Source: Candidatus Eiseniibacteriota bacterium (lineage in GTDB: Bacteria > Eisenbacteria > RBG-16-71-46 > JABDJR01 > JAWXBZ01). From it: a stretch of 19,746 nucleotides of DNA. The notes below the pieces were generated by a model. That model had not been told where the DNA came from and did no database searches. It saw only the letters and a program-made list of their open reading frames with translations. The position numbers and the translations under genes are program-made. Numbering within the stretch: position 1 is the first letter of the stretch; every line of letters starts with the position of its first letter. Shown here in pieces: positions 1 through 9,013 of the stretch. Where the stretch lies: positions 1 to 19,746 of the forward strand of contig JAWXBZ010000227.1 in NCBI GenBank assembly GCA_034440375.1, written 5' to 3'.

Positions 1-703
1 CCCCGAGCCTGGCCCCCGCGAACGCCACCATCAAGCCGACGGCGATCAGCGTCACCGGCAGGAGAAGCCGTGAAGCCGGATGCTTCTGAATGGCGTCGAA
101 GAGCCGCGGCACGATGGCCAGTCCCACCGTTGCACAGGCGGCCACGAAACCCGCCGTCCGGAGGAGGATCTCGCCGAGAGAGGCGTGAGCCTCCTGGCCG
201 TGCCCGACCCCGAGAGCCGTCAGCGCGATGATGGCCAGGATGTCCACAATCAGGTTGACGCCGATGACCAGGTGCGCGATCCGACCGCTGAACAGGCCGC
301 GCGCTTCGAGCGCCTGGACGGCGATGGCCGTGCTGTTGATAGACAGGATGAAGGCAATGATGACCGGTGTGGCGCCCCTCATGCCGGCCAGCAGCAGGAT
401 GTTGACCAGGACAAGGAACGGGACGCCGACGACGGTCAATGCCAGGACGAGGCTTCGCCCGGCGATCGGCTTCATCGTGTGCCAGGAGAGTTCGAGCCCG
501 AGGTAGAAGAGCAGGAGGACGATGCCGAGGTCGCCGAAGGCCCGGATCGTCTCTTCGTGCCAGATGAGGCCAAAGGCTCCGGCGCCGGCGATGATGCCAG
601 CTGCGATATACCCGAGCAGCGGTGGTTGATTGAGGCGGGCCGCAAGAAGGCCCAGGGCCGCAGCCAGGAAGAGGATCGGTCCGAGTTCGGCAATCAGCGA
701 CAT
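1..703 (-). CDS. Cation:proton antiporter, CPA2 family (KefB/KefC/NapA-like); 3' end runs off the window
   Basis: Not in the ORF track; translated by hand from ATG at 703: MSLIAELGPILFLAAALGLLAARLNQPPLLGYIAAGIIAGAGAFGLIWHEETIRAFGDLGIVLLLFYLGLELS...FILSINSTAIAVQAL...GVNLIVDILAII. It is polytopic and hydrophobic, with the CPA2-type motifs P..LGYI..G, LG+V.LLF..GLE, STAI and a VD acidic residue. No stop codon before position 1. Confidence 0.88.
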   Translation of the reverse strand, partial: MSLIAELGPILFLAAALGLLAARLNQPPLLGYIAAGIIAGAGAFGLIWHEETIRAFGDLGIVLLLFYLGLELSWHTMKPIAGRSLVLALTVVGVPFLVLVNILLLAGMRGATPVIIAFILSINSTAIAVQALEARGLFSGRIAHLVIGVNLIVDILAIIALTALGVGHGQEAHASLGEILLRTAGFVAACATVGLAIVPRLFDAIQKHPASRLLLPVTLIAVGLMVAFAGARLG

Positions 704-715
704 GTCGGAATTCTA
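704..715 (-). promoter_or_regulatory. Candidate -10 element (TAGAAT) 6 nt before the antiporter ATG; leaderless-type start
   Basis: The minus strand reads TAGAAT-TCCGAC-ATG (715..701), with no Shine-Dalgarno sequence. Confidence 0.45.
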
Positions 716-749
716 GCTGCCGGACGGGCGGTCGTCCTCTTTTATCAGG

Positions 750-1058
750 TCAGGCAGGCGTGAGTCGATCCGCCAGTTCGTTCAGTTTCGTGGCCAATTT
801 GACGTCGGTGGCCGTGATGCCCCCGGCATCGTGCGTTACCAGATCGATGCGCACTTTCTGGTAAACGTTGAACCACTCGGGGTGATGATCCATTTTCTGA
901 ATCACGAGGGCCGCGCTGGTCATGAAGCCGATGGCCTCGACAAAGTCGCGGAATTTGAACTCACGGTGAAGCTTTCCCCTGGCCACCGACCAACCAGCCA
1001 GGCCGTCGAGCGCGGCGGCGAGTTCGGCTGCGGTCAGGCACCGCTGCTCCTTGCTCAT
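750..1058 (-). CDS. phhB: Pterin-4-alpha-carbinolamine dehydratase (PCD/PhhB family)
   Basis: 102 aa with W...L.REFKF.DF..A..F, DHHPEW.NVY.KV.I.L.THD.GG+T..D..LA. Its ATG overlaps the TGA stop of the upstream gene. Confidence 0.93.
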   Translation of the reverse strand: MSKEQRCLTAAELAAALDGLAGWSVARGKLHREFKFRDFVEAIGFMTSAALVIQKMDHHPEWFNVYQKVRIDLVTHDAGGITATDVKLATKLNELADRLTPA

Positions 1059-1636
1059 GACTTGACGGTGCCGGCCGGCCCCAGACCGAGCAGGGCCCGC
1101 ACATCACTGTCGTATACCTTCTTGTCACGATAGCCGATATAGCGTCGGAATATTTTGCCGTCCTGGGACACGATGAAGGCGACCGGAATTCCCTTGATGC
1201 CGCCATAGGCCGCGGCCACCTGGTCGTTTCCCATGAGGATCGTGTAGTTGATCTTCTGAGCCAGTGCAAAATTGCCGACCGCCTTGGGGCCGGTCGTGTC
1301 GAGCGAGATGCCGACGACCTCGAGGCCCTGCTCCTTGTACTCATTCTGCAGTTCGATGAGATGCGGAATCGACATCTTGCACGGGCCGCACCAGGTGGCC
1401 CAGAAGTCGACGATGACCACCTTCCCCTTGTAGTCGGCCAGCGTCTTCGGCTTGCCGTTCAGGTCGAGGAGCTTGAAATCGCCGGCCGGCTTGAGCGTCG
1501 AGGTGTCGACGAAGATCTTCGGTGCGTCGGCCATTGGCGTGGTTTTTTCTTCGGCGCCGCAGGCGACCGCCGTCAGCGCGACAAGGCTCAACGCCAGGAA
1601 GGAGGACATGGTCGTTCGGGTGATTCGCTGCAACAT
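1055..1636 (-). CDS. TlpA/ResA-family thiol:disulfide oxidoreductase, predicted lipoprotein
   Basis: VVIVDFWATWCGPC (CxxC) and a GIP cis-Pro loop. N-terminal signal ends in lipobox-like TAVA-C. GGAGG SD at 1646-1650. Confidence 0.92.
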   Translation of the reverse strand: MLQRITRTTMSSFLALSLVALTAVACGAEEKTTPMADAPKIFVDTSTLKPAGDFKLLDLNGKPKTLADYKGKVVIVDFWATWCGPCKMSIPHLIELQNEYKEQGLEVVGISLDTTGPKAVGNFALAQKINYTILMGNDQVAAAYGGIKGIPVAFIVSQDGKIFRRYIGYRDKKVYDSDVRALLGLGPAGTVKS

Positions 1637-1691
1637 TTTCTGGCCCCTCCGAAAAATCGACCGGGACGCATGCCCCGGCCATTGTTGGTGG

Positions 1692-2432
1692 TTATCCGAT
1701 GGTGGAAAGCCACGGGAACAACTGTGACACCCACGACGACATCTGCGTGAACAGATCGAAGAAGATCATGAGACCGACCGCGATCATGAAAAATCCGCTG
1801 ACCTTCTCGATCAGCTGAAATTGCTTCTTGACGCTGCCCGACAGGCGGAAAAATGACTCGACGAAAAGCCCGGCCAGAATGAACGGAATGCCGAGGCCAA
1901 GCGAGTAGACCGCCAGGAGCAAGATCCCCTCGCCGACCGTTTCCGAACTGGCCGCCACGCCGAGGATCGCCCCGAGGATCGGGCCGATGCACGGAGTCCA
2001 GCCGAAGGCAAAGGCCAGGCCAACCAGGAAGGATCCCAGGAGCCCGGCGTGTTTTTGATTCTGGTGGAAGCGTTTTTCGTAATTGAGGAAGGGGATCTTG
2101 AATACGCCCATCGTGTGAAGGCCGAACACGATGATGATGACCCCGGCGATCTTCGAGAGAATCTTGGCGTTCTGATTCATGAATCCGCCGACCACCGTGG
2201 CGGAAGCGCCCAGCATGATGAAGACTGTCGAGAATCCGGCCACGAAGGCCAGGCAGTTCAGGAAGAGTCGGAGCCGCGAGGCCCCGCTGCCCCCGCCGGT
2301 ACCCTTCATCTCGTCGATCGACATGCCGCTCACAAAGGAGAGGTAGGCGGGAACGACGGGAAGTACGCAGGGGGAAATGAAAGAGATGAGTCCCGCGGTC
2401 AATGCAGCCAGCAATCCGACGCTTTCGTTCAT
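1692..2432 (-). CDS. ccdA: Cytochrome c biogenesis protein CcdA (DsbD-beta family membrane electron transporter)
   Basis: AGLISFISPCVLP..PAY and FAFGWTPCIGPILG motifs carry the two redox Cys; about 6 TM segments; YSLGLGIPF. Confidence 0.95.
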   Translation of the reverse strand: MNESVGLLAALTAGLISFISPCVLPVVPAYLSFVSGMSIDEMKGTGGGSGASRLRLFLNCLAFVAGFSTVFIMLGASATVVGGFMNQNAKILSKIAGVIIIVFGLHTMGVFKIPFLNYEKRFHQNQKHAGLLGSFLVGLAFAFGWTPCIGPILGAILGVAASSETVGEGILLLAVYSLGLGIPFILAGLFVESFFRLSGSVKKQFQLIEKVSGFFMIAVGLMIFFDLFTQMSSWVSQLFPWLSTIG

Positions 2433-2487
2433 TACCCTTTGTCTACCTCTTTATGCCGATTGAAGTTACAGCATCTGAACGCGGCGG

Positions 2488-2496
2488 ATTGTAGCA
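2488..2496 (-). promoter_or_regulatory. Candidate extended -10 promoter (TGcTACAAT) for ccdA-tlpA-phhB
   Basis: The reverse complement of ATTGTAGCA is TG-C-TACAAT, about 55 bp upstream of the ccdA ATG. Confidence 0.4.
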
Positions 2497-2597
2497 TGGA
2501 CCGCTGGAAGCGGCGCCGGAGGCAGCACTAACCCCGACTCCCGCCTCCGGTTCGATGCCGCGATGTCAGAACCCGCCTTTTCGGTCGATCCCCATCC

Positions 2598-2606
2598 TGA
2601 TACGCT
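2598..2606 (+). promoter_or_regulatory. Candidate extended -10 promoter (TGaTACGCT) for the moaC run
   Basis: TG-A-TACGCT lies about 38 bp upstream of the moaC ATG. Confidence 0.3.
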
Positions 2607-2644
2607 TCCGGTTCCGCTCCGATCATCCACCCGCGAGTGCCCGG

Positions 2645-3145
2645 ATGGCGTCCAGAAAAAAGCTAACTCATGTTGATGCAAAGGGTTCGGCCCACATGGT
2701 CGATGTCGGGGAAAAGCCCTCCACGACTCGCCGGGCCGTGGCCTGCGGCTTCGTCCGGATGAATGCCGCCGCCAGGCAGGCGCTGGCCGAGAACAAGTTG
2801 GCCAAGGGGGACGCCCTGGCGGTGGCGCGGGTGGCCGGCATCCAGGCCGCGAAACGGACCGCCGACTGGATCCCCCTGTGTCATTCCCTGCCGCTGACCC
2901 ACGTGCGGCTGGATCTGACGCTCGACTCAAGGCGGGGCGGCGTGAGCATCGAGGCTGAGACCGCCACGGTGGCCCCGACCGGTGTCGAGATGGAGGCGTT
3001 GACGGCCGTGGCCGGCGCGGCGTTGACCCTGTACGACATGGCCAAATCGCTCGATCGGGAAATGAGCATCGAAAAAATCGAACTCGTGCGGAAGGAAGGG
3101 GGCCGGAGCGGCAAATTCGTGCGGCCGACCCGGCAGACGGACTGA
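2645..3145 (+). CDS. moaC: Cyclic pyranopterin monophosphate synthase MoaC
   Basis: LTH.D..G.A.MVDV..K, KGD.L.VAR+AGI.AAKRT...IPLCH, TGVEMEALT.V, YDM.K, K.GG+SG. Start moved from 2555 to the in-frame ATG at 2645 (MASRKKLTH), where family similarity begins. Confidence 0.97.
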   Translation: MASRKKLTHVDAKGSAHMVDVGEKPSTTRRAVACGFVRMNAAARQALAENKLAKGDALAVARVAGIQAAKRTADWIPLCHSLPLTHVRLDLTLDSRRGGVSIEAETATVAPTGVEMEALTAVAGAALTLYDMAKSLDREMSIEKIELVRKEGGRSGKFVRPTRQTD

Positions 3146-3151
3146 CGCCCG

Positions 3152-3670
3152 ATGTCGAACCGCCCCTTCCGCGCCGTCGTGCTAACCATCAGCGATTCCG
3201 CCTTCCGGGGCGAACGGGAAGACCGCTCCGGGCCGGCGGCGACGGAATTTCTTATCGGGATTGGTGGCGACGTCGTTCGGAGTGAGATTCTGCCGGACGT
3301 TCGGTCGGTCATTGCCGACCGCCTGGCCACGCTCGCCGACAGCGGTGAGGCCGAACTGATCCTCACCACCGGCGGCACCGGATTCGCCCGGCGGGATGTG
3401 ACACCCGAAGCCACTCGCGACACGATCGAGAGGGAGGCACCCGGACTCGCCGAGTTGATGCGTCGGGAAACCTCGCGGGCTACGCCGCTGGCTCCCCTGT
3501 CCCGGGCGGTGTGTGGCCTGCGTGGGGCCACGCTCATCGTGAACCTGCCGGGCAGCCCGAAAGGGGCACGTGAGTGCCTGGAAGCGCTCCAGCCGATCCT
3601 CCTGCACGGGCTCCAGGTCCTGACGGGCGAGATCACGCAGCATCTGCCGGAAGGTAAGCCCGGCGCATGA
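3152..3670 (+). CDS. mog: Molybdopterin adenylyltransferase, MogA/MoaB family
   Basis: LTISD...G.REDRSGP, ILTTGGTG...RDVTPEAT, LSR, IVNLPGSPKG..EC. Confidence 0.9.
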   Translation: MSNRPFRAVVLTISDSAFRGEREDRSGPAATEFLIGIGGDVVRSEILPDVRSVIADRLATLADSGEAELILTTGGTGFARRDVTPEATRDTIEREAPGLAELMRRETSRATPLAPLSRAVCGLRGATLIVNLPGSPKGARECLEALQPILLHGLQVLTGEITQHLPEGKPGA

Positions 3671-4884
3671 TGCTCTCGCTCGATGAGGCGCGGCAGCGGA
3701 TCCAGAACGCCTTGACGGTGCTTCCGGCCGTCGAAAGGAGCTTCACCGAGGCGCTTGGCCATGTCCTGGCCGAACCGATCGTGGCCGATGTTGATCTGCC
3801 GCCATGGGCGAATTCAAGCATGGATGGATTTGCCGTGCGGGCGGAGGACCTGGCCGGCACCACCCCGGGCTCCCCGACCCGGCTTCGGGTCGTCGGCGAT
3901 TTGCCGGCCGGCCGCGCCCCTTCGCGTGCGATCGGGACGGGGGAGGCGATTCGGATCATGACCGGCGCCCCCCTGCCATCGGGAGGCGACGCGGTGGCCA
4001 TCGTCGAAACGACACGGATGGAGGGGGATGACGTCCTGATCACCGAACCGGTCCGTGCCGGCGCCAATATCCGGCGGGCCGGCGAAGATGTGTCCCGTGG
4101 AAGCACGGTTCTGCCGGCCGGCCATCTGGTTCGGGCCGCCGACGTCGGGCTTCTGGCCTCCCTGGGCCGGACGCGGGTTCGCGTCATCCGAAAGCCGGTG
4201 GTCGCCGTTCTATCCTCGGGCGACGAACTGGTGCCGCCGGACCAGACGCCCGGGCCGGGCCAGATCCGGGACTCGAATCGTTTCACCTTGACGGCCCATC
4301 TGGCCGGCCTGGGATTCACGGCCATCGACTGCGGCAACGCCCTGGACCGGCAAGCCGATCTGGAAGCGCTGTTTCGCAAGGCGGCGGCCGTTGCCGACGT
4401 GGTGGTGTCGACCGGGGGTGTTTCGGTGGGCGACCATGATCTGACGAAGATTGTCCTGGCCCGACTCGGTACAATGAACTTCTGGCGGGTGGCCATCCGG
4501 CCCGGGAAACCCCTGGCGTTTGGCTTCATCGAAGGGAAACCGGTCTTTGGATTACCGGGAAATCCGGTTTCCTCCCTGGTTGTCCTCGACCAGATCGTTC
4601 GGCCGGCGCTTCGGCACATGGCCGGCCAGGTGCGTCTTGACCGTGAGGTCTGGACCGCCTGCCTGGAAGAGCCAATCAAACGCTCGCCCGGCCGAACCGA
4701 GTTCATCCGGGCCGTCATTCGGTGGGAAGACGGTCGATTCAAGGCGAAAACCACGGGCCCGCAGGGTTCAGGGATGCTGAGTTCGTTGTCCCGCGCGAAC
4801 GGATTTCTCATCGTTCCCGCCGAGGTGTCCGATATTCCGGCCGGTGCGACCGTTCTGTGCCAGCTCTTTCTGGAAGAGATTTGA
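3667..4884 (+). CDS. moeA: Molybdopterin molybdotransferase MoeA (gephyrin-like)
   Basis: PP..NSSMDGFAV, IMTGAPLP.G.DAV, SSGDEL, DSN, STGGVSVGDHD, RPGKP, GLPGNPVS, QGSG. ATGA overlap with mog. Confidence 0.97.
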   Translation: MMLSLDEARQRIQNALTVLPAVERSFTEALGHVLAEPIVADVDLPPWANSSMDGFAVRAEDLAGTTPGSPTRLRVVGDLPAGRAPSRAIGTGEAIRIMTGAPLPSGGDAVAIVETTRMEGDDVLITEPVRAGANIRRAGEDVSRGSTVLPAGHLVRAADVGLLASLGRTRVRVIRKPVVAVLSSGDELVPPDQTPGPGQIRDSNRFTLTAHLAGLGFTAIDCGNALDRQADLEALFRKAAAVADVVVSTGGVSVGDHDLTKIVLARLGTMNFWRVAIRPGKPLAFGFIEGKPVFGLPGNPVSSLVVLDQIVRPALRHMAGQVRLDREVWTACLEEPIKRSPGRTEFIRAVIRWEDGRFKAKTTGPQGSGMLSSLSRANGFLIVPAEVSDIPAGATVLCQLFLEEI

Positions 4885-4911
4885 ACCTCTGAGCGCATCA
4901 AGGAGATTGAG

Positions 4912-7506
4912 ATGACTTCAGTTGTCCGTGGCCCCCTGTTAGCGGCCGTCCTGGGCTGTCTGGCCTTCGCCCTGGCCGACCCCGGGTCGCCCGGCGCGCA
5001 CGCCGCCGAGCTCGAGTATCTGGCCGCGCCCTCCCGGCTCGATCCGCGCCTGCGGAGCTTTGTCCGCCAGTACGAGGAGGCCCTGGCCGGCCGCGTGGCA
5101 AAAGCGGAGATGAAGTCCGCGGCCGAGCCGATGTTCGGGGCCGGGGTGGTGAGCCTGGCCGCGGGCGGCCGACTCACGGTCGACTGCCTGGTCAAGATCG
5201 ATGACGAGGCCGCCCTGACAACGCTTTCCTCGATGGGCCTCGTGCCGCGCACCCGCGCCGGCAACATCGTCACGCTCGACATCCCGGTGGAGGATCTTTC
5301 CCTTCTCGAAGACATGGCGGGCATCCGCCATGTCGAGATGAGCCGTCCACTCAAACCGCTCCTCGATGTCAGCCGCGTCCTCACACAGGCCAGCGATGTG
5401 AACGGCTCGTTCGAGCCCCCCTACATGGGGTACACCGGCCGGAACGTCGTCATGGGGATCGTCGACACGGGCGTCGACCTGCAGCACGGCGATTTCAAGG
5501 ACGGGTCAGGCATGACCCGCATCGAGGCGATCTGGGACCAGACAAATCCGGCCGGGCCGGCGCCGGCGGGATTCTCCTACGGTCGCGAGTGGACCGAAGG
5601 TCAAATCAACTCAGGCCTGGCCACCCAATCGGACGGTAGCGGACACGGAACGCATGTCATCGGCATCGCCGCCGGTGACGGATCCGACACCGGCAATGGC
5701 CAACCCGCGTTTCAGTACGTCGGAGTGGCCCCGGAGTGCGACATCATCGGCGTCAAGACGAACTTCACGACCGGTGGTGTTGCCGACGGTGTGGCCTACA
5801 TCTTCAGCAAGGCCGGCGTGCGCGACGCGGTGGTAAACCTCTCCCTCGGTACGCAGGACGGGCCGCACGACGGTAGCTCACTTTTCGACCAGGGGCTGTC
5901 GGCGTTGGTCGGCACGGGCCGCAGCATCGTGGCGGCGGGTGGCAACGAAGGGAATGCCGGGGCCCACGCCCGTTTGATGGTAATGGCCACGGGTGACAGC
6001 GCGGTCTTCACCTTCCGTATCCCGAACTACACGCCCAATCCGGGCGGCACCACCCAGCAGCCCAACGACTTCGTGGTCGTCGACGGCTGGTACGAAGGGA
6101 CGGACAATTTTTCCTTCCGCGTCGAATCGCCGAACGGCAAACGAACCACGGAGGTGCTGATCGGCTCCAATAACAGCGGCGGGCGTTGCCTGCCGGCCGC
6201 CGGTGGTGTTGGTGCGGATGGGCGCAGTTATGTCGAGAACGCCCAGACCGCTCCCGACAACAACGACCGGGAAATTTACATCGAGTTGACCGAGGGCTCG
6301 ATCAGCGGAACCGCGTGCGGCGTGCCACGGGCGGGCCTCTGGAAGATCATCGCCTACAAAAAGGCGGGCTCGACGGGGCCGGGAAAGATCGATTTTTGGA
6401 TCGCCAACTATCTCCTCGGTGGCAGCAACACCTTCCCGGAGTTCGAGATCGGCAACTCCAACGACTATCTCATCGGATCACCGGCCTCGGCCAGCGGCAT
6501 CATCAGCGTCGGCGCATTCATCTCCCGGCGGCAGTGGCCCTCGGAACTGGGTCCGCGCCAGTATTCCACCCTCAACGACACCCACATCGGGCAGATCGCC
6601 AACTTTTCCAGCCCCGGCCCACTTCGCAACGATGAACTGGCCCCGATCATTTCAGCCCCCGGGATGGGCATCGCCTCCACCCGAAGCGCGGTCGCGTCGC
6701 TGGAAGCGGCATTCAACATCAATGACGGCAAGCACACCATCAACCAGGGAACGAGCCAGGCGGCGCCGCATGTGGCGGGGGTGATCGCACTCATTTTCGA
6801 GCGGTATCCACACGAAACCGCCATCAATGTTCGCAATCGCCTGATCAATTCGGCGACGCACGATACGGCAACCGGCGGCACGCCGAACAACATCTACGGC
6901 AACGGCAAATTGAACGCCGTCGGGGCAATGAACTTCGATACGCCGGTCTTTCTATCGACCTTTGAAGCCCTCCCCGCCGAGGGGGGTGTGGCCCTGCGCT
7001 GGCTCGTGGACGGAGACGACCCATTCGTCGGTTTTCATGTGAGCCGCGCCGACGCCGAGGCCGGCCCCTTTGCCCGGTTAACCGTGGCACCGCTGACCGG
7101 TGGGCCGGAATTCGCCTGGAAGGACGACGCGCTCGAGCCCGGCCGTGAGTTCTGGTATCTCCTCGAGGCCATCGAGTCCAATGGCACCTTGACCACGTTC
7201 GGGCCGCTGGCCGTCAAGGCGGGTGCGCCCCGGCTCACGCTCCGGCAGAACGGCCCCAACCCCTTCGCCTCAGGCACGACAATCGAATTCACGTTGCCGG
7301 CGCCGACGCCGGTCCACCTCCGTGTCTTTGACCTGTCGGGAAGGCTGGTGCGGACACTGATCGACGGGCGTCTTCCCGAGGGTAGCGGCCGATCCGAGTG
7401 GGACGGCAACGACGAATCCGGCTTGCCGGCCGCCAACGGCGTCTATTTCTATCGCCTCGAAACGGCATCAGGCAGCGAAGCGCGCAAGATGATCCTCAAG
7501 CGGTGA
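4912..7506 (+). CDS. Secreted S8 (subtilisin-like) serine peptidase, Csp-like architecture, with an Ig/Fn3-like domain and a C-terminal FlgD-Ig/T9SS-type-A-like tail
   Basis: Signal peptide (…AHA-AE) and prodomain. Catalytic triad GIVDTG / HGTHVIG / GTSQAAPHVAG, oxyanion AAGGNEG. Long beta-rich insertion before IGSPA. Then a TPVFLSTFEA…V.L.W…GF.V.R domain and the tail QNGPNPF…I.F.L…VFDLSGRLVRTL…WDG…G…GVYFYRL…KMILKR. SD AAGGAG at about 4900. Confidence 0.92.
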   Translation: MTSVVRGPLLAAVLGCLAFALADPGSPGAHAAELEYLAAPSRLDPRLRSFVRQYEEALAGRVAKAEMKSAAEPMFGAGVVSLAAGGRLTVDCLVKIDDEAALTTLSSMGLVPRTRAGNIVTLDIPVEDLSLLEDMAGIRHVEMSRPLKPLLDVSRVLTQASDVNGSFEPPYMGYTGRNVVMGIVDTGVDLQHGDFKDGSGMTRIEAIWDQTNPAGPAPAGFSYGREWTEGQINSGLATQSDGSGHGTHVIGIAAGDGSDTGNGQPAFQYVGVAPECDIIGVKTNFTTGGVADGVAYIFSKAGVRDAVVNLSLGTQDGPHDGSSLFDQGLSALVGTGRSIVAAGGNEGNAGAHARLMVMATGDSAVFTFRIPNYTPNPGGTTQQPNDFVVVDGWYEGTDNFSFRVESPNGKRTTEVLIGSNNSGGRCLPAAGGVGADGRSYVENAQTAPDNNDREIYIELTEGSISGTACGVPRAGLWKIIAYKKAGSTGPGKIDFWIANYLLGGSNTFPEFEIGNSNDYLIGSPASASGIISVGAFISRRQWPSELGPRQYSTLNDTHIGQIANFSSPGPLRNDELAPIISAPGMGIASTRSAVASLEAAFNINDGKHTINQGTSQAAPHVAGVIALIFERYPHETAINVRNRLINSATHDTATGGTPNNIYGNGKLNAVGAMNFDTPVFLSTFEALPAEGGVALRWLVDGDDPFVGFHVSRADAEAGPFARLTVAPLTGGPEFAWKDDALEPGREFWYLLEAIESNGTLTTFGPLAVKAGAPRLTLRQNGPNPFASGTTIEFTLPAPTPVHLRVFDLSGRLVRTLIDGRLPEGSGRSEWDGNDESGLPAANGVYFYRLETASGSEARKMILKR

Positions 7507-7507
7507 G

Positions 7508-9013
7508 ATGACCCACCTCCCGGAATTGAGCCCGGCAACCTGGCTCTTCATGGCGCTGTACCTTGCGGTCGGCGCCGGTCTCTTCGTTTATGGCGTCCAC
7601 GCGTATCTCATGTCGTGGCTCTATCGGAAGCATGAGGGGCGTGCCACCAGCGGCAAGGAAGGCTTCGAAGGCGCGGCCCATCCCATCGTCACGGTGCAAC
7701 TGCCGATCTTCAACGAGTTTTACGTCGTGGAGAGGCTGGTCGAGGCGGTCGCGGCGTTCGACTGGCCGCGCGACCGCCTCGAAATTCAGATCCTGGACGA
7801 CTCGACCGACGACACGGTCGAGCGGGTGGCGACCCTGGTGGCACGGCGGCGGGAACAGGGCTTCCAGATCGAGCAGGTCCGCCGCGATTGTCGCACCGGG
7901 TACAAGGGTGGGGCGCTGCGCGAAGGGCTGGCGCTGGCCGGGGGCGAGTACGTAGCTGTTTTTGACGCTGACTTTGTGCCACCGCCCGATTTTCTGACAG
8001 CCACGATACCGCACTTCGCTGACGCCCAGGTGGGGATGGTGCAGGCGCGGTGGGGCCACATGAACGAGGAGTACTCGCTTCTGACCCGCGCCCAGGCCGT
8101 GGCACTGGACGGACACTTCCTCATCGAGCAGACGGCGCGAAATCGGAGCGGCGCCTTCATCAATTTCAACGGCACGGCGGGCATCTGGCGGCGGGCAACG
8201 ATCGAGGACGCCGGCAACTGGCAGGACGACACGCTGACGGAGGACCTCGATCTGTCCTACCGGGCCCAGTTGAAGGGATGGCGGTTCGTTTTCCTTCCCG
8301 GCCTGGTCTGCCAGGCCGAACTGCCCGTGGACATCGACGGTTTCAAGGGGCAGCAGTTCCGCTGGGCCAAGGGATCAGTGCAGACGGCGATGAAGCTGCT
8401 GCCGGAGCTCCTGCGATCGCGGGTCGGCATCTTCGTCAAAGTGCAGGCGCTGATCCATCTCACGAACCACGCCGTTTATCCGCTCCTGCTCCTGCTGGCC
8501 ATTTTCTCGCTGCCGGCGTTGATCCTCCACGCAAACGAACCACTCGTCCGCCGTTTTTTCGTGGTGGCCACTTTTTTTGTCATTGCCAGTCTGGGGCACC
8601 CGCTTCTCTACCTGGATGCGCAGCGACGGCTCAAGCGGGATTGGCCGCGCCAGCTTGCGCTCATGCCGATCCTCATTGCGCTGGGAATGGGAATCGCCGT
8701 GAATAACGTCCGCGCCGTCATCGAGGCGCTGGCCGGCGTCCCCTCAGGGTTCAACCGGACGCCGAAGTACGACCTCCGTCAGTCCAGCGACAAATGGCGC
8801 GGCAAACGCTATCGCGTGCCGGTGAATGCCTGGCCGCTGCTCGAGCTGGCCCTCGGCGCCTGGACTGGTGCCGCGCTGGTGTACAGCGTCTGGCACGGCC
8901 AGTGGCTGGCCGCCCCGTTCCTGGCTCTGTACACCGCAGGCCTGGTCTCGGTGGGCGGCGCCTCCCTGGCCCGGGCCTTCGACTCGCCCGGCGGCATTGC
9001 CCGTACGGCATGA
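7508..9013 (+). CDS. Membrane GT2 glycosyltransferase, cellulose-synthase-like (Csl) type
   Basis: VTVQLPIFNE, QILDDSTD, GYKGGAL, FDADF, FNGTAGIWRR, TEDLDLS, QQFRWAKG give the D,D,D,QxxRW signature. One N-terminal and several C-terminal TM helices; no PilZ domain. Confidence 0.92.
   Translation: MTHLPELSPATWLFMALYLAVGAGLFVYGVHAYLMSWLYRKHEGRATSGKEGFEGAAHPIVTVQLPIFNEFYVVERLVEAVAAFDWPRDRLEIQILDDSTDDTVERVATLVARRREQGFQIEQVRRDCRTGYKGGALREGLALAGGEYVAVFDADFVPPPDFLTATIPHFADAQVGMVQARWGHMNEEYSLLTRAQAVALDGHFLIEQTARNRSGAFINFNGTAGIWRRATIEDAGNWQDDTLTEDLDLSYRAQLKGWRFVFLPGLVCQAELPVDIDGFKGQQFRWAKGSVQTAMKLLPELLRSRVGIFVKVQALIHLTNHAVYPLLLLLAIFSLPALILHANEPLVRRFFVVATFFVIASLGHPLLYLDAQRRLKRDWPRQLALMPILIALGMGIAVNNVRAVIEALAGVPSGFNRTPKYDLRQSSDKWRGKRYRVPVNAWPLLELALGAWTGAALVYSVWHGQWLAAPFLALYTAGLVSVGGASLARAFDSPGGIARTA

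Noticed and set aside
80-763. 227-aa plus-strand ORF
   Set aside because: Antisense shadow of the CPA2 antiporter; no motifs of its own.
3633-5384. 583-aa minus-strand ORF, and similar long shadows at 2881..3762, 8809..10221, 18220..19131 and 19267..19704
   Set aside because: Arg/Ser/Pro-rich or otherwise featureless antisense frames of well-supported genes, as expected in high-GC DNA.
7508-9013. Cellulose synthase BcsA
   Set aside because: No PilZ domain, the protein is too short, and there are no bcsB/bcsZ/bcsC genes nearby.
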